Part shown: positions 19,039-29,600 of the stretch, one piece after another
How the letters are laid out: every line of letters begins with the position of its first letter
Position numbering within the stretch: position 1 is the stretch's first letter
Source of the DNA: a virus
Lineage: Duplodnaviria; Caudoviricetes
Direction: 5' to 3' (one strand)
Length of the DNA stretch: 64,000 nt
Virus record (IMG/VR): IMGVR_UViG_3300030117_007612
Span: 96,001 to 160,000 of that record
Position numbers and translations under genes: made by a program
The notes under the pieces: generated by a model
Told to the model about the DNA's origin: nothing
The model's database searches: none
Seen by the model: the letters and a program-made list of their open reading frames with translations, nothing else

Positions 19039-20976
19039 ATGGGGTTCAAACCGGGAAAGGGCGAAATTGCTGAAACTTTTAAAATCAGCGATGGAAGCAT
19101 AAAAGTAAAAGAGCAAGCAAATGCTGAAGCAGATGAAGCTGCTTACGGACAACTTTGGGTTAAATCAAATACTCCGTGCGATTTGTTTTTCACTGACGAC
19201 AGTGGCCAAGATATTCGATTAACTAACGACGGTGCTTTAGCTAGCTCTGGTGGCACGCTATCTGGCCTAGGCAGTACTGACAATGCCGTGCTGCGTGCAA
19301 ATGGCACCGGTGGCGAAACAGCCCAAGGGTCTGCAGCAACGATTACCGATGCCGGCGTTGTGTCTGGCAGCTCATATACGGGCTTTGCAACCCGCACAGA
19401 AAAAGTTGAGGTTACATCAGTCTCTGCATCCAGTGCTCAAGCAGCAACACTTTCTGGATCAGCAGCAACACTTGATAATTTAACCCTTGGAAACACCGCT
19501 GTTACATCAGATGCCGGCGAATTAAACCTACTTGACGGCAGCAGTGCCGGCTCGATTGCAAACAGTAAAGCTGTTGTTTATAGCTCAGTTGGAATTGTAA
19601 CAGGAAGCTCTCACAAAGCTTTCTCTGCAATTGCTACAGAAGGGGAATTTGCAACATCAGTTTCCTCCTCTCTGCATTTAGGCTCTATGATTTCCGCAAG
19701 CTTAACTGTTAGCGGCGGCCAACATCAAGGGTTTAGAGGTGACTTCGCGTTACTGTCTGGGTCTTCTGTCACAGTCGATAACGTCACGATTAAGAACACC
19801 GGCAGAGTAACCGGCAGCTTTATTGATTATAATTACGCTTTCGAACCCGACGCAGTAATCACTGCGCTTGAAATTGACGTTGACAAGGTAACCGCCACTA
19901 CGTCAAGTAATTTAATAACAGGGATTAAGGTTGATCTCGACAACACAACGGCCACTAACGGTACGAACACGATGATTGGCGGAAGCTTTACTCCAACATT
20001 AACGCACGCAGCGGATGCCGGAATATCGATTGTAAAAGGTGTTGAGATTGTGGCAACTGCCGGCGGCAATGGCCAAGGCACAGCCAGAGGCATCGAGATT
20101 AAATCTTCTGGTGGAGACTATAATCAAGGAATTTATATGAACGTTGCTAACGGTGGCGTAGACCTGAAGTGTGTAAGCTCTGCGGACGCTGGTGACTTCT
20201 TTACAATCTCTTGCGGTACCAATGGTGAAACAACACTTAAAACTAATGACGACGATGATGGAAATGCCAATTTTATTTGTGAAGCCGATGGCAATTTTAA
20301 AATTGACGCTAAAAATATCATTAAACTTGATTCTGAAATTGGCGACATACACTTTTTAGATAATGGCACTACTATGCTCGCCATTGATCTTGACAGCACC
20401 TCTGGATCAATCGGCGCCGACTTAATTTTCAAAGTCGAAGATGATGCCAAGAACTTAGTATTCCAGCAGAACAATGGTTCTGAGGTCGCAAGAATTCAAC
20501 ACACTGGTTCACTGGGATCAAACTGGAGAAGTGTAGAGCCGGGCCTCAACCACAAAAGGCAGGTGTTGGAAGTTTTGGCCGACGGCGCATCAGTAACGGC
20601 CACTCTCGCAGCATCGAATAGCGGGTGCATTGTGCTAGCAATACCCGTTAATGATGATATTGTAATTGTTTTACCCGCGGGTACCCCGGGCCTGTTCTAT
20701 GATATTTGGCTGGGTGAAGACGTTCCAAGTGGCAAAACTGTTAAAATTCGAACAAACGGAACAGACAACAATGATAGCATATATGGCTACTTTACTGTGC
20801 CCGCCGGCGGCAGTGGTGACGAAGTGACTTTTGACTTTACTGGCGACGTCTTAACCCTACAGGCAAACACAGCCAAGGGTGCGTGGGTTAAAGTAACCAA
20901 CGTTGTCGGCGGATCAAATGAAATTTGGCATGCTGAAGTCATCTCACAAACTGTTGCTCTGGTTGACAACTCATAG
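19039..20976 (+). CDS. fibre/decoration-like virion protein (mosaic)
   Basis: Gly/Ser/Thr-rich; shares modules with 24414..26699 and 26699..31054. Confidence 0.55.
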   Translation: MGFKPGKGEIAETFKISDGSIKVKEQANAEADEAAYGQLWVKSNTPCDLFFTDDSGQDIRLTNDGALASSGGTLSGLGSTDNAVLRANGTGGETAQGSAATITDAGVVSGSSYTGFATRTEKVEVTSVSASSAQAATLSGSAATLDNLTLGNTAVTSDAGELNLLDGSSAGSIANSKAVVYSSVGIVTGSSHKAFSAIATEGEFATSVSSSLHLGSMISASLTVSGGQHQGFRGDFALLSGSSVTVDNVTIKNTGRVTGSFIDYNYAFEPDAVITALEIDVDKVTATTSSNLITGIKVDLDNTTATNGTNTMIGGSFTPTLTHAADAGISIVKGVEIVATAGGNGQGTARGIEIKSSGGDYNQGIYMNVANGGVDLKCVSSADAGDFFTISCGTNGETTLKTNDDDDGNANFICEADGNFKIDAKNIIKLDSEIGDIHFLDNGTTMLAIDLDSTSGSIGADLIFKVEDDAKNLVFQQNNGSEVARIQHTGSLGSNWRSVEPGLNHKRQVLEVLADGASVTATLAASNSGCIVLAIPVNDDIVIVLPAGTPGLFYDIWLGEDVPSGKTVKIRTNGTDNNDSIYGYFTVPAGGSGDEVTFDFTGDVLTLQANTAKGAWVKVTNVVGGSNEIWHAEVISQTVALVDNS

Positions 20977-20992
20977 AGGATATAAGTAGGCG

Positions 20993-21217
20993 ATGCCATA
21001 CACATCATCAGGCAAGTGCGTTTATAAAAAAAACAAAGATGGCTCTCGTGGTAAAAAAGTGGGATGTACAAAGGGTCCCGTAAAGCAGTACCTTAAGGCT
21101 TTGTATGCTAATACCGATGAGGGCTTGGATAAAACTGTAACAGAAGAAACAATGAGACTAATTATTAGAGAAGAATTACAAGAATATCTAAAGGAGATTA
21201 CAAATGACAATGGATGA
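20993..21217 (+). CDS. small basic protein with internal IIxEE motif
   Basis: MPY..GKCVYKK...GC...YLKALYAN then TVTEETMRLIIREEL. Confidence 0.6.
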   Translation: MPYTSSGKCVYKKNKDGSRGKKVGCTKGPVKQYLKALYANTDEGLDKTVTEETMRLIIREELQEYLKEITNDNG

Positions 21218-22253
21218 TTTTGATTTTATAGATCACTATGGCGAAGCCGAAGAGGTAGCCAACGAAGATCAGCTACCAGATAACGAAGTTGGCTCATCGC
21301 TAAACTGTGCTATTATTGGCGTTGGTGGAGGGGGCGGCAAAATGGCAAAAGCCTTTTTAGATATCGGCTACAATAAAACATTGTTGATTAATACTACTCC
21401 AAAAGATATCCCAAGCGACGTCGATGAATCACATGTAGTGCTGATTCCGGATGCTGATGGGATCGGAAAAGATGTCAGCTTGGGTAAATCCGTACTTGAC
21501 GCCAATAGCGCCGTTGTTGAAGATGCCTTGCGGACAAAACTTGGCAAGGTTGATTGGCTTATCGTATTATCAGGCGGTGGCGGAGGTACTGGTAGTGCCA
21601 CTGCTTCATTGCATTCTGTTTTCGAAAGATACTTAAAATCTGTTCAGGCCGATGGTGACATACTTTATGTCGCATCGTGGCCAACAGCACAAGAGTGCTT
21701 GAATCCCACAATTAGCAAAAATGCACTGTCACTTATTAATGACGTATCAAAGCACTCGCACATTGTGATCGACAATGAAAGGCAGGTTAAGTTACTCAGA
21801 GGCAAGGTTGGCATGCTTGGAATGTTTCCGTTTGCCAATACGGCGTTTGCCAAGCTTTTAACGCAGGTGCTCAGATTGTCTGCAGAACAGTCACCAATCC
21901 AGTCTTTTGATTCAAAAGATCTTGCTAGGTGCTTAAGCACAGATGGTAGAATGTTTATTGGGTCTACGATGATTGCTGACCCGGCCAGTCCCAACCTTGG
22001 ATCGATGATTTTACAAAATTGCCTGAAGCGCTCTCCCTGCCCGCAGCCCTCTGGGCGCCCAAAAACAGGCACACTACTATTGGTGGTGAGCCCTGAGATG
22101 GCGTCTGATCCAGAGATCAGCAAGCACCTAGATAATGCAATTTCGTACGTCGGAGGAAGAACAGAGACACTTTTTTCCGGAGTCTATGTTAAAGAGAACG
22201 TACCGGGCTTGGTTGCTATCTTGTGCATGAATGGTTTACCCAAAGGAAATTAG
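21204..22253 (+). CDS. FtsZ/tubulin-family GTPase
   Basis: IIGVGGGGG (T1 loop), SGGGGGTGS (tubulin signature variant), IDNE, FDSKDL (T7-like xDxxD). Confidence 0.88.
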   Translation: MTMDDFDFIDHYGEAEEVANEDQLPDNEVGSSLNCAIIGVGGGGGKMAKAFLDIGYNKTLLINTTPKDIPSDVDESHVVLIPDADGIGKDVSLGKSVLDANSAVVEDALRTKLGKVDWLIVLSGGGGGTGSATASLHSVFERYLKSVQADGDILYVASWPTAQECLNPTISKNALSLINDVSKHSHIVIDNERQVKLLRGKVGMLGMFPFANTAFAKLLTQVLRLSAEQSPIQSFDSKDLARCLSTDGRMFIGSTMIADPASPNLGSMILQNCLKRSPCPQPSGRPKTGTLLLVVSPEMASDPEISKHLDNAISYVGGRTETLFSGVYVKENVPGLVAILCMNGLPKGN

Positions 22254-22267
22254 CGGGAGATGTTAAA

Positions 22268-22735
22268 ATGAAAATAAGCAGACACCGCCTCATGCAGATT
22301 ATTCAAGAAGAGTATGATATAATGTTGCGTTCTGAAAAAAAAGAACGACTTGACGAAAGTGTTGTTTTAGAAGCTTCCATGTCTCAAAGCGAGGTGGCTC
22401 TCGCTTCAATTGAATCGGCGATTAACGGCACCTTGCACAATTTGTTAAAAGACTTTGTAGCTGAAACGGAAATTAAAAGCATTGTCGATAGTGCAGCTGA
22501 CGCCGTTGCAGGCAGGATTGGCATTGAGCTAGAAAGCATATATAATGAAAAGCAGGCACCTCTTGAGGAGGTGGTGATGACTCAAGAGCCAATGGATATT
22601 CTAGAAGAATTAAGAAGCTTGACAAATAAGTTATCATCGATATCCGGCAACGCACAGCCGTTTGAAAATATAGCATCGGATATGATAATACAGATTAATG
22701 ATTTAGAGGAAATTTTAACAACGGAGAAGGAATGA
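22268..22735 (+). CDS. MKITxxxLRxIIxEE-family protein
   Basis: Begins MKISRHRLMQIIQEEY at ATG 22268; LDES, VLEA sites. Confidence 0.6.
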   Translation: MKISRHRLMQIIQEEYDIMLRSEKKERLDESVVLEASMSQSEVALASIESAINGTLHNLLKDFVAETEIKSIVDSAADAVAGRIGIELESIYNEKQAPLEEVVMTQEPMDILEELRSLTNKLSSISGNAQPFENIASDMIIQINDLEEILTTEKE

Positions 22736-23067
22736 TAGAGTTGCTTAATTTATTGTGGTTTGTACTGGCGGCGTATGGTTTAACTCAAATTCTTATTTAC
22801 GGAACAATTTTCAACAAGATAAGGCCGACTAAACAGTGGCTTAATGGATTTGGAGAATTATTCCACTGCCCCATGTGTATGGGTTTTTGGGTTGGCGTAT
22901 TTTTATGCGGCGTTAGTACGTATACGCAACTATTTACGTTTGAGACATCTTTAATAAATTATTTTATTTTAGGTTGTGTTAGTTCAGGTACATCATATAT
23001 CCTGAACGTTTTATTTTGCGATAACGGAATACAAATAGGAGTTAGAAATGGGAAAGACATGGACTAG
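22732..23067 (+). CDS. DUF1360-like membrane protein
   Basis: Three hydrophobic segments and CPMCMGFWVG motif. Confidence 0.55.
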   Translation: MIELLNLLWFVLAAYGLTQILIYGTIFNKIRPTKQWLNGFGELFHCPMCMGFWVGVFLCGVSTYTQLFTFETSLINYFILGCVSSGTSYILNVLFCDNGIQIGVRNGKDMD

Positions 23068-23113
23068 TAAATGGATGTTGCAGCCAGTTCGCCATTGCTG
23101 CAAGGGGAGTTAG
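23048..23113 (+). CDS. 21-aa peptide (not in ORF track)
   Basis: MGKTWTSKWMLQPVRHCCKGS*; fills the gap and stops 2 nt before the protease ATG. Confidence 0.4.
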   Translation: MGKTWTSKWMLQPVRHCCKGS

Positions 23114-23115
23114 CT

Positions 23116-23721
23116 ATGGGTAAGGTACTTTTACGAGAATTTTATGAATTATGTGAAGGGGGCGTCTGTCAGGATCTTTTAACCGAGGAAGAGAAGAGGT
23201 TTGTGGCCGGCGGCGGTATGATTTTGTCTGGAATTATGCAAAAATCAGACACTGTTAATGGAAATGGAAGAATTTATCCACACAAAGTTCTTGTTCGTGA
23301 GGTTGAAAACTACTCTAAGCTTGTAAAAGAGCGACGAGCGCTCGGAGAATTAGACCACCCAGACGACTCAGTGATCAATCTTAAGAATGCATCACACCTT
23401 TGCACCAGCATATGGTGGGAGGGGCAAGATGTCATGGGCAAGGTTAGAATTTTGGACACACCATCTGGAAAAGTACTGCAAGAGCTTGTAAAATCAGGTG
23501 TTAGCCTCGGAATTTCTTCAAGAGGAATGGGTTCTGTTAAAGAAAGCCAAAATGGCACAATTGTTGAAGATGATTTTCAGTTAATTTGTTTTGATTTTGT
23601 ATCAGAACCCTCAACACCCGGCGCCTACATGATGAAAGAGTCTAAAAGCTTAAAAGAATCAAACATCTTCACAAAAGCAGATAAAATCAACAGATTAATC
23701 AACGAGGCTCTAGATGAATAA
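23116..23721 (+). CDS. prohead core protease (T4 gp21-like)
   Basis: NGNGRIYP, GELDHP (His), GISSRGMGS (Ser), DFVSEPST. Confidence 0.93.
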   Translation: MGKVLLREFYELCEGGVCQDLLTEEEKRFVAGGGMILSGIMQKSDTVNGNGRIYPHKVLVREVENYSKLVKERRALGELDHPDDSVINLKNASHLCTSIWWEGQDVMGKVRILDTPSGKVLQELVKSGVSLGISSRGMGSVKESQNGTIVEDDFQLICFDFVSEPSTPGAYMMKESKSLKESNIFTKADKINRLINEALDE

Positions 23722-24130
23722 GGCAGATTTAAAGAAGCTTATAAAACCACTAGTGAAAGAGTGCGTACAAGAAACCCTTCTAGAAGAAGGGTTGCTTTCT
23801 GGAATTGTAAGTGAGGTGGTAAAAGGAGTTTCCTCGGCACCACCAATCGTCGAGAAGGCAAAAACAGCAAAAACAGCACCGAAACAAGAACTTGATTACA
23901 AAAGAATAGCAGAGACCAAAAAGAAGATAAATCAACACCAAAAAAGACTATTAGACGCCATCGGCTCAGACGCCTACAATGGCGTTGATTTATTTGAGGG
24001 TACAAAACCGATTTCTGATAGCGGTGCCCCCAAGCCGGGCTCAACTGATTTGGGAGAACATGACGATCCGGGTGTTCCTTTCGCCGGACCATTGGCTGAA
24101 GCTTCCAAAATGTGGGGTAAATTAGTTTAA
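23714..24130 (+). CDS. hypothetical protein with related N-terminal helix
   Basis: MNKADLKKLIKPLVKECVQETLLEEG. Confidence 0.6.
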   Translation: MNKADLKKLIKPLVKECVQETLLEEGLLSGIVSEVVKGVSSAPPIVEKAKTAKTAPKQELDYKRIAETKKKINQHQKRLLDAIGSDAYNGVDLFEGTKPISDSGAPKPGSTDLGEHDDPGVPFAGPLAEASKMWGKLV

Positions 24131-24361
24131 ATGAGAAAAAAATGTAATGTACATTTAAAATCCAGAAGAAACGAGCCGGCAGATCGGCTTATTAGAAGGT
24201 TTATAAAAAAAGTAAAAAAAGAGAAGATTGTTGAAGAAGTTAGAGATCGAAAGCATTATAAAAAGCCATCGGTCAAAAAGAAGCAAAAGAGGATTAAAGC
24301 CCAACGCGAAAGGAAAAGACAAGAAGCCCGACGGTTAAGACGTCGGCAAAGGCGCAAATAG
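24131..24361 (+). CDS. rpsU: 30S ribosomal protein bS21 homolog
   Basis: V.....NE..DRLIRRFIKKVKKE.I..EVR.RKHYKKPS.K pattern matches bS21 (E..E.ALRRFKR....RE.YEKPS). Confidence 0.88.
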   Translation: MRKKCNVHLKSRRNEPADRLIRRFIKKVKKEKIVEEVRDRKHYKKPSVKKKQKRIKAQRERKRQEARRLRRRQRRK

Positions 24362-24371
24362 TTTTATTTTA

Positions 24372-24379
24372 ACTATTTA
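24372..24379 (+). promoter_or_regulatory. putative late promoter ACTATTTA
   Basis: ACTANTTA motif upstream of 24414. Confidence 0.55.
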
Positions 24380-24413
24380 TGTTTAAGTATCAGTATGTGG
24401 AGTATGTGAGTAG

Positions 24414-26699
24414 ATGGGAATAGGATGGGCATATATCGATTGTGATCCCGAGATTGTAACGGGATCGACCGGGCCAACTGGCTCAGTTATGTTTAAAGAT
24501 GGCCATAGATCTATTCGTGGTCAAGAAGAGCTTATGTGGATCCGCCCGGCCGCAGCTATCTCTGAGGGATTTACAATTGCATCGGGCAGTGCGTACACAA
24601 GCACACTCGACGTCGGCGCCACCTTCCACCCGCCATTCCTCCAAGTATCAGGAAACATAAGAGTTAGCGGCACAATTTTTGCAAACAGTTTCGATGTTAT
24701 AACAACAACTTTAACTGAGATACATCAGTCTGGATCAACCAGCTTTGGTCAGGGTGTTAACCGCGATAAACACAGCTTTTCAGGTTCCTTACAGGTAACA
24801 GGCGCCAGCACGCTGAATGCAATAAATTCATATGTTTTAGATAGATTTGGAATTGGCGAAAAAGAACCGAAATCTACACCTCACAGCGCAGGGTCTTCGA
24901 ATGATGCGAAGGCAGAAATATCAGTTGCTGATGGCGAGGCTTTAACGGCACTTGTAATCGATGCGAATGATGTCGATGAAGTAGCAATGCACATCGAAGC
25001 AGCACAAACAACCGCTAATGTTTTAGAAATTACAGCAGATGCAGTGACAACAGCAAATGTAATTGATGTTTCAGCAGACGCTCTAACTTCAGGCGCCGCG
25101 ATGAAAATTCAAGACAACTCAGCAAACAACACTTCCAGAGATTTAGTGCTTATTCATCAACAACACGCTAGCGCTACCTCAGCTACTGCATTGAAAGTTA
25201 TATCTGCAGGCGCCCAGACTGGAATGCTCTTGGACAAGAACTATTCGAGCGTTAATGCATCGACCGTCACTGGCTTCACTATTGACTTAGATAAAACTGG
25301 CACTTCGACTACTGCGAACACGATCTATGGGGCTACCATCGACGTGGATAACACAACAGCAACAGCCGGCGTCAATAACATGACTGGTATTCAGGTGACC
25401 CCGACCTTGACACATGCTGCAAACGCCGGCACGCCAACTGTAAAAGGCGCAGTCATTACTGCAACCGGCGGTGGCAACGGCACATCAGCCGCCACCGGCA
25501 TGGAGTTGACTGCTACTGGCGCCGATACCAACAAGGGTCTCATAATCAACTGTGCTGATGGAGGTCAGGATTTGCTAATTGTTAGCTCTGCCGACACCGC
25601 GGACTATTTTGCAATTGAAGTAACAGCCGCCGGCGCAACCACCCTTAAAACGTATGAGGATGGCTCCGATCACGGCGCAGATCTTACAATGGATATTGAT
25701 GGCGCAATTAAGATTGACGGCGACGGGGTTGAGATAGAAAATGATTCAGACTCGGGAGCAACGGCCCTTCTTATTGATAATGATGATACAGACGCGATTG
25801 CCCTTAGTATCGCCGCTGAGAATATTGATGCGAATGTTGTTGATATTGCAGCAGATGCGGTTACAACTGCTAAGGCGCTTAATATTTCAGCGGATGCGCT
25901 CACGACTGGTACTGCGTTTTATGTCGAAAGCGAATCAACGAACAACAGCACTAGAAATGTAGCAGCAGTTGTGCAAAACGCCGGCGCTGCCATTAACGCC
26001 ACTGCGCTACTTGTACAATCTGATAGTAACGGCGGCGTTGCTGGCATTAAAATTGATAGAAATGCAAACGGTACTGCAGCTGTTGATGCTGTAACCGGTC
26101 TTCAAATCGATCTAGATCAGACTGGAGAGATCACAAGCGCCACCGGTGTTGTGGTTGGAATCCAAACAGATATCGAAACCAACGTCGCCGGCGACGGCAC
26201 GTTAAATTCCTATGGTCACAGAATTGTGATGACCGGCGATGCTGATGGAACACATACAAACACTGGCCTTTCAATTAATTTAGGTCAGGCCGACATCAAC
26301 ACTCATATTGAGTTACTTTCTTCCGCCGATACCGGCGATAAATGCACGATTTCAACAGGTCTCGCCGGCGCAACAACAATTTTAACGGTTGATGATGATG
26401 GTGCGGACGCCCATCTTACAATAAATCCCGATGGCAATTTACTTCTTAATGCTGCTGGTGACATTATAGTCGATCCAACTGGCAATGATATTCTTCCTCT
26501 TAACGATAATGACATTAGCTTGGGTTCTGCTTCGAATCGATGGGCGCACATTTATACAACACTTATTACAACTGGTGACCTTCGTTTAAATAATGATAGA
26601 GGCGATTGGTTGATTGTCGAGGAAGCAGACTATTTGAGTATAAGGAATCAAAAAACAGGAAAGCTGTACAAATTCGTATTAGAGGAGATTAAAGAGTAA
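24414..26699 (+). CDS. tail fibre-like virion protein
   Basis: Beta-helix-like Ala/Thr/Asp repeats, internal duplication, C-term LGSASNRWAHIY...WLIVEE...KTGKLYKF typical of fibre ends. Confidence 0.6.
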   Translation: MGIGWAYIDCDPEIVTGSTGPTGSVMFKDGHRSIRGQEELMWIRPAAAISEGFTIASGSAYTSTLDVGATFHPPFLQVSGNIRVSGTIFANSFDVITTTLTEIHQSGSTSFGQGVNRDKHSFSGSLQVTGASTLNAINSYVLDRFGIGEKEPKSTPHSAGSSNDAKAEISVADGEALTALVIDANDVDEVAMHIEAAQTTANVLEITADAVTTANVIDVSADALTSGAAMKIQDNSANNTSRDLVLIHQQHASATSATALKVISAGAQTGMLLDKNYSSVNASTVTGFTIDLDKTGTSTTANTIYGATIDVDNTTATAGVNNMTGIQVTPTLTHAANAGTPTVKGAVITATGGGNGTSAATGMELTATGADTNKGLIINCADGGQDLLIVSSADTADYFAIEVTAAGATTLKTYEDGSDHGADLTMDIDGAIKIDGDGVEIENDSDSGATALLIDNDDTDAIALSIAAENIDANVVDIAADAVTTAKALNISADALTTGTAFYVESESTNNSTRNVAAVVQNAGAAINATALLVQSDSNGGVAGIKIDRNANGTAAVDAVTGLQIDLDQTGEITSATGVVVGIQTDIETNVAGDGTLNSYGHRIVMTGDADGTHTNTGLSINLGQADINTHIELLSSADTGDKCTISTGLAGATTILTVDDDGADAHLTINPDGNLLLNAAGDIIVDPTGNDILPLNDNDISLGSASNRWAHIYTTLITTGDLRLNNDRGDWLIVEEADYLSIRNQKTGKLYKFVLEEIKE

Positions 26700-29600
26700 T
26701 GGCCAAAATAGTAATAACCTCAGCAGGTATATCCGGTTCAGCAGGATCGGTAGCCATTACAGGCTCATTTGTTGTTACCGGATCCGAAGGCGAAATTACA
26801 GTTTCCGGAAGCGGAACCGAGCTTAGTGGCGCCCATGGATCCTCGACCACCACATCGGGCTCATCTACATTCTACGACGCCGCCGGCAGCAGCACGTCAA
26901 CCTCTGCGACTGGCTCAGTATCTACCGGCTCAGCAGGCTCCGCAACGCACGGCTCTGGTTCCTCAACATACACCGATGCTGATGGCACACACTCAACTTC
27001 TGCAACTGGTTCATACACTACGGGTTCCGGCGGATCAACATCGACAACATCAGGCTCTACATCCCACACAAGTGCTGATGGTAGCACCACTTCGACATCT
27101 GCGACTGGTTCTTATATTAGTGGCTCCGGAGGCGGAGCCGGAACTGGCTCTGGCGGCTCAGCAACCCACAGTTCGGGTTCATCAATTTACACAAGCGCTG
27201 ACGGTAGCACACACTCAACTTCTGCAACTGGCTCATTAACCACAGGCTCAGGAGGTTCCACCGAAACAACATCAGGATCTACATCGTATACAGACGCTGG
27301 TGGAAGCACCACTACTGTTTCTGCAACTGGTTCATATACCACAGGTTCTGGAGGTTCCACCGAAACAACAACGGGATCATCTACATACACAGGCGCTGAT
27401 GGTGGCACAGCCATAGTCTCTTCAGTTGGATACGTAGCTAGTGGTTCCGGTGGAGAGTCATCTACAACATCTGGCTCAACCAGCTACACAGACGCTGGTG
27501 GAAGCAGTACTTCGACATCTGCGACCGGCTCATCTATGACTGGTTCGGGCGGATCTGCAACCCATGGATCGGGTTCATCCACATATACAGACGCCGGCGG
27601 ATGTACTGGGTCGATGTCCGCAACTGGTTCATACACTACGGGTTCCGGCGGATCAACATCGACAACATCAGGCTCGACCACACACACAGACGCTGGTGGA
27701 AGCAGTACTTCGACATCTGCGACCGGCTCATCTATGACTGGTTCGGGCGGATCTGCAACCCATGGATCGGGTTCATCCACATATACAGACGCCGGCGGAA
27801 GTACCACTTCGACATCTGCGACTGGCTCTTATATGAGCGGGTCGACCCCGGGAACCACTACCACAACGCCGGGCGGGACTACATACGAAGACACAGACAG
27901 CACAACTATGCACTCAACCAGTGGTTCGCACTATAGTGGCTCAACGCCGGAAAGCGGCTCTGCCGGCAGCACAACGATTACAGATGGCACAGTTGAGGTA
28001 ACTGGATCCGTCACAATTTCTGGCTCAAGCCCCGCCTTAACAATTATGGCCGGCGAACTAATAGTTAGTGGCTCATCGATACTTGGCTCAACCATCGACC
28101 ACACAACCACTATAGGCAGCCACCTTACAGCATCCTATGGATTGGTTGCGCCAACACACGGAATTAGCGGAGCATATGTTACAGCCTATGATGGTCGTTT
28201 CCCGGGTCACGTGTCATCATCTCTTTATAAAGGCTCGATGGTCTCTGCTAGCTTGTTAGTGACAGGTGGAGAAGTTAAAGCACACCGCGGTACATTCGGC
28301 TTGATGGTTACTGAGTTTCTTACGATGTCAAAGGGCGCCCTTGTTGAGGATGATGACAAAGTCCACTTTGGCACAGATCAAGAATCACACATCAGGTACG
28401 ATGAGGCCGGCCAAGATTTCCTAACAATTTCAGGCTCAGATGCAGGTGGCCTTGTTCTAAGCGGTTCTAGCTTGGTAATCGACACTGACACCGTGGAAAG
28501 CGGTTCCCGCGCCGGCGGCGGAAGCTACTTGGCTATGACAACAACTGGTAAAATTGTGTTGTCGACTCCAGATGGCGGCGGCGGCGGTTCCGCTAGAAGC
28601 GTTTCGGGTGATGACGACGATGGCGTTATAACTTGGAAAACATCTGATAACACTTTTACTGTTGAGGGCAATCTTACTTTTGACGGTAACACACTTACCG
28701 TCGGCGGTCTGGGCGTTGTAACCGGTAGTCAGTTAATGGCGTATGGCATAACCGGATCGCTAGCGACAATTCAAGAGATTACTGGTGGCTGGGCTGATAT
28801 GCATAAGTTTGCCGGCGACAAGGTCGAAGTTGGCACTCACGTTTCATCTTCGCTTCTGTATGGTACAACATTGTCTGCGTCAACTCTTGTAAGTGGCGGT
28901 TTGCATATGGGCCATACCGGCAAATTTGATATTCTGTCAGCATCGACGGTGTATGCTCACGCCTTCTCCCCATCGACCGTATCAGCATCTACAGAAATAA
29001 CCGGCGGCGCCGTCTCGGCATTTGGAATTACTGGAACACTCGGAACATTCAGTGGCGTCGTCAGTGCATCTTCTTACGAAGGTTTTGCTGTGCGAACCAC
29101 ACACGGAGAACACGCTGGTACAGTCTCTGCATCAGTATTCATAGGATCGAATGTATCAGCCTCAACAGAAATCACCGGTGGTTGGCACAGAGGACACACT
29201 GGCAAATTTGATATTCTGTCAGCATCGACGATACATGCTCATGTCTTCTCTCCATCGACTATCTCCGCCTCGCTATATTTAACTGGTGGTCATGTTTATG
29301 CATACGGTATAACCGGCTCAAAAGCGACAATTACAAGCATCAGTGCTACGGAAGTCACATCATCTGTATTGTTGGGATATTCGCATACTGGCGACGAATT
29401 AATTGCACACAGCCATGTATCAGCGGCTCTATTCTTAACCGGTGGGCACGTCTATGCTTACGGCGTTACCGCTTCATTGGGAACATTCAGCGGCGTCGTC
29501 AGTGCGTCTTCTTATGAGGGTTTTGCCGTACGAACTACTCATGGCGAACATGCTGGCACAGTTTCTGCATCAGTATTCATAGGATCGAATGTATCAGCTT

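Noticed and set aside
21204-24361. Cellular (host chromosome) origin suggested by FtsZ, rpsU, FKBP and recA
   Set aside because: These genes are embedded among T4-like virion genes, with the same strand and promoter grammar and no bacterial operon context.
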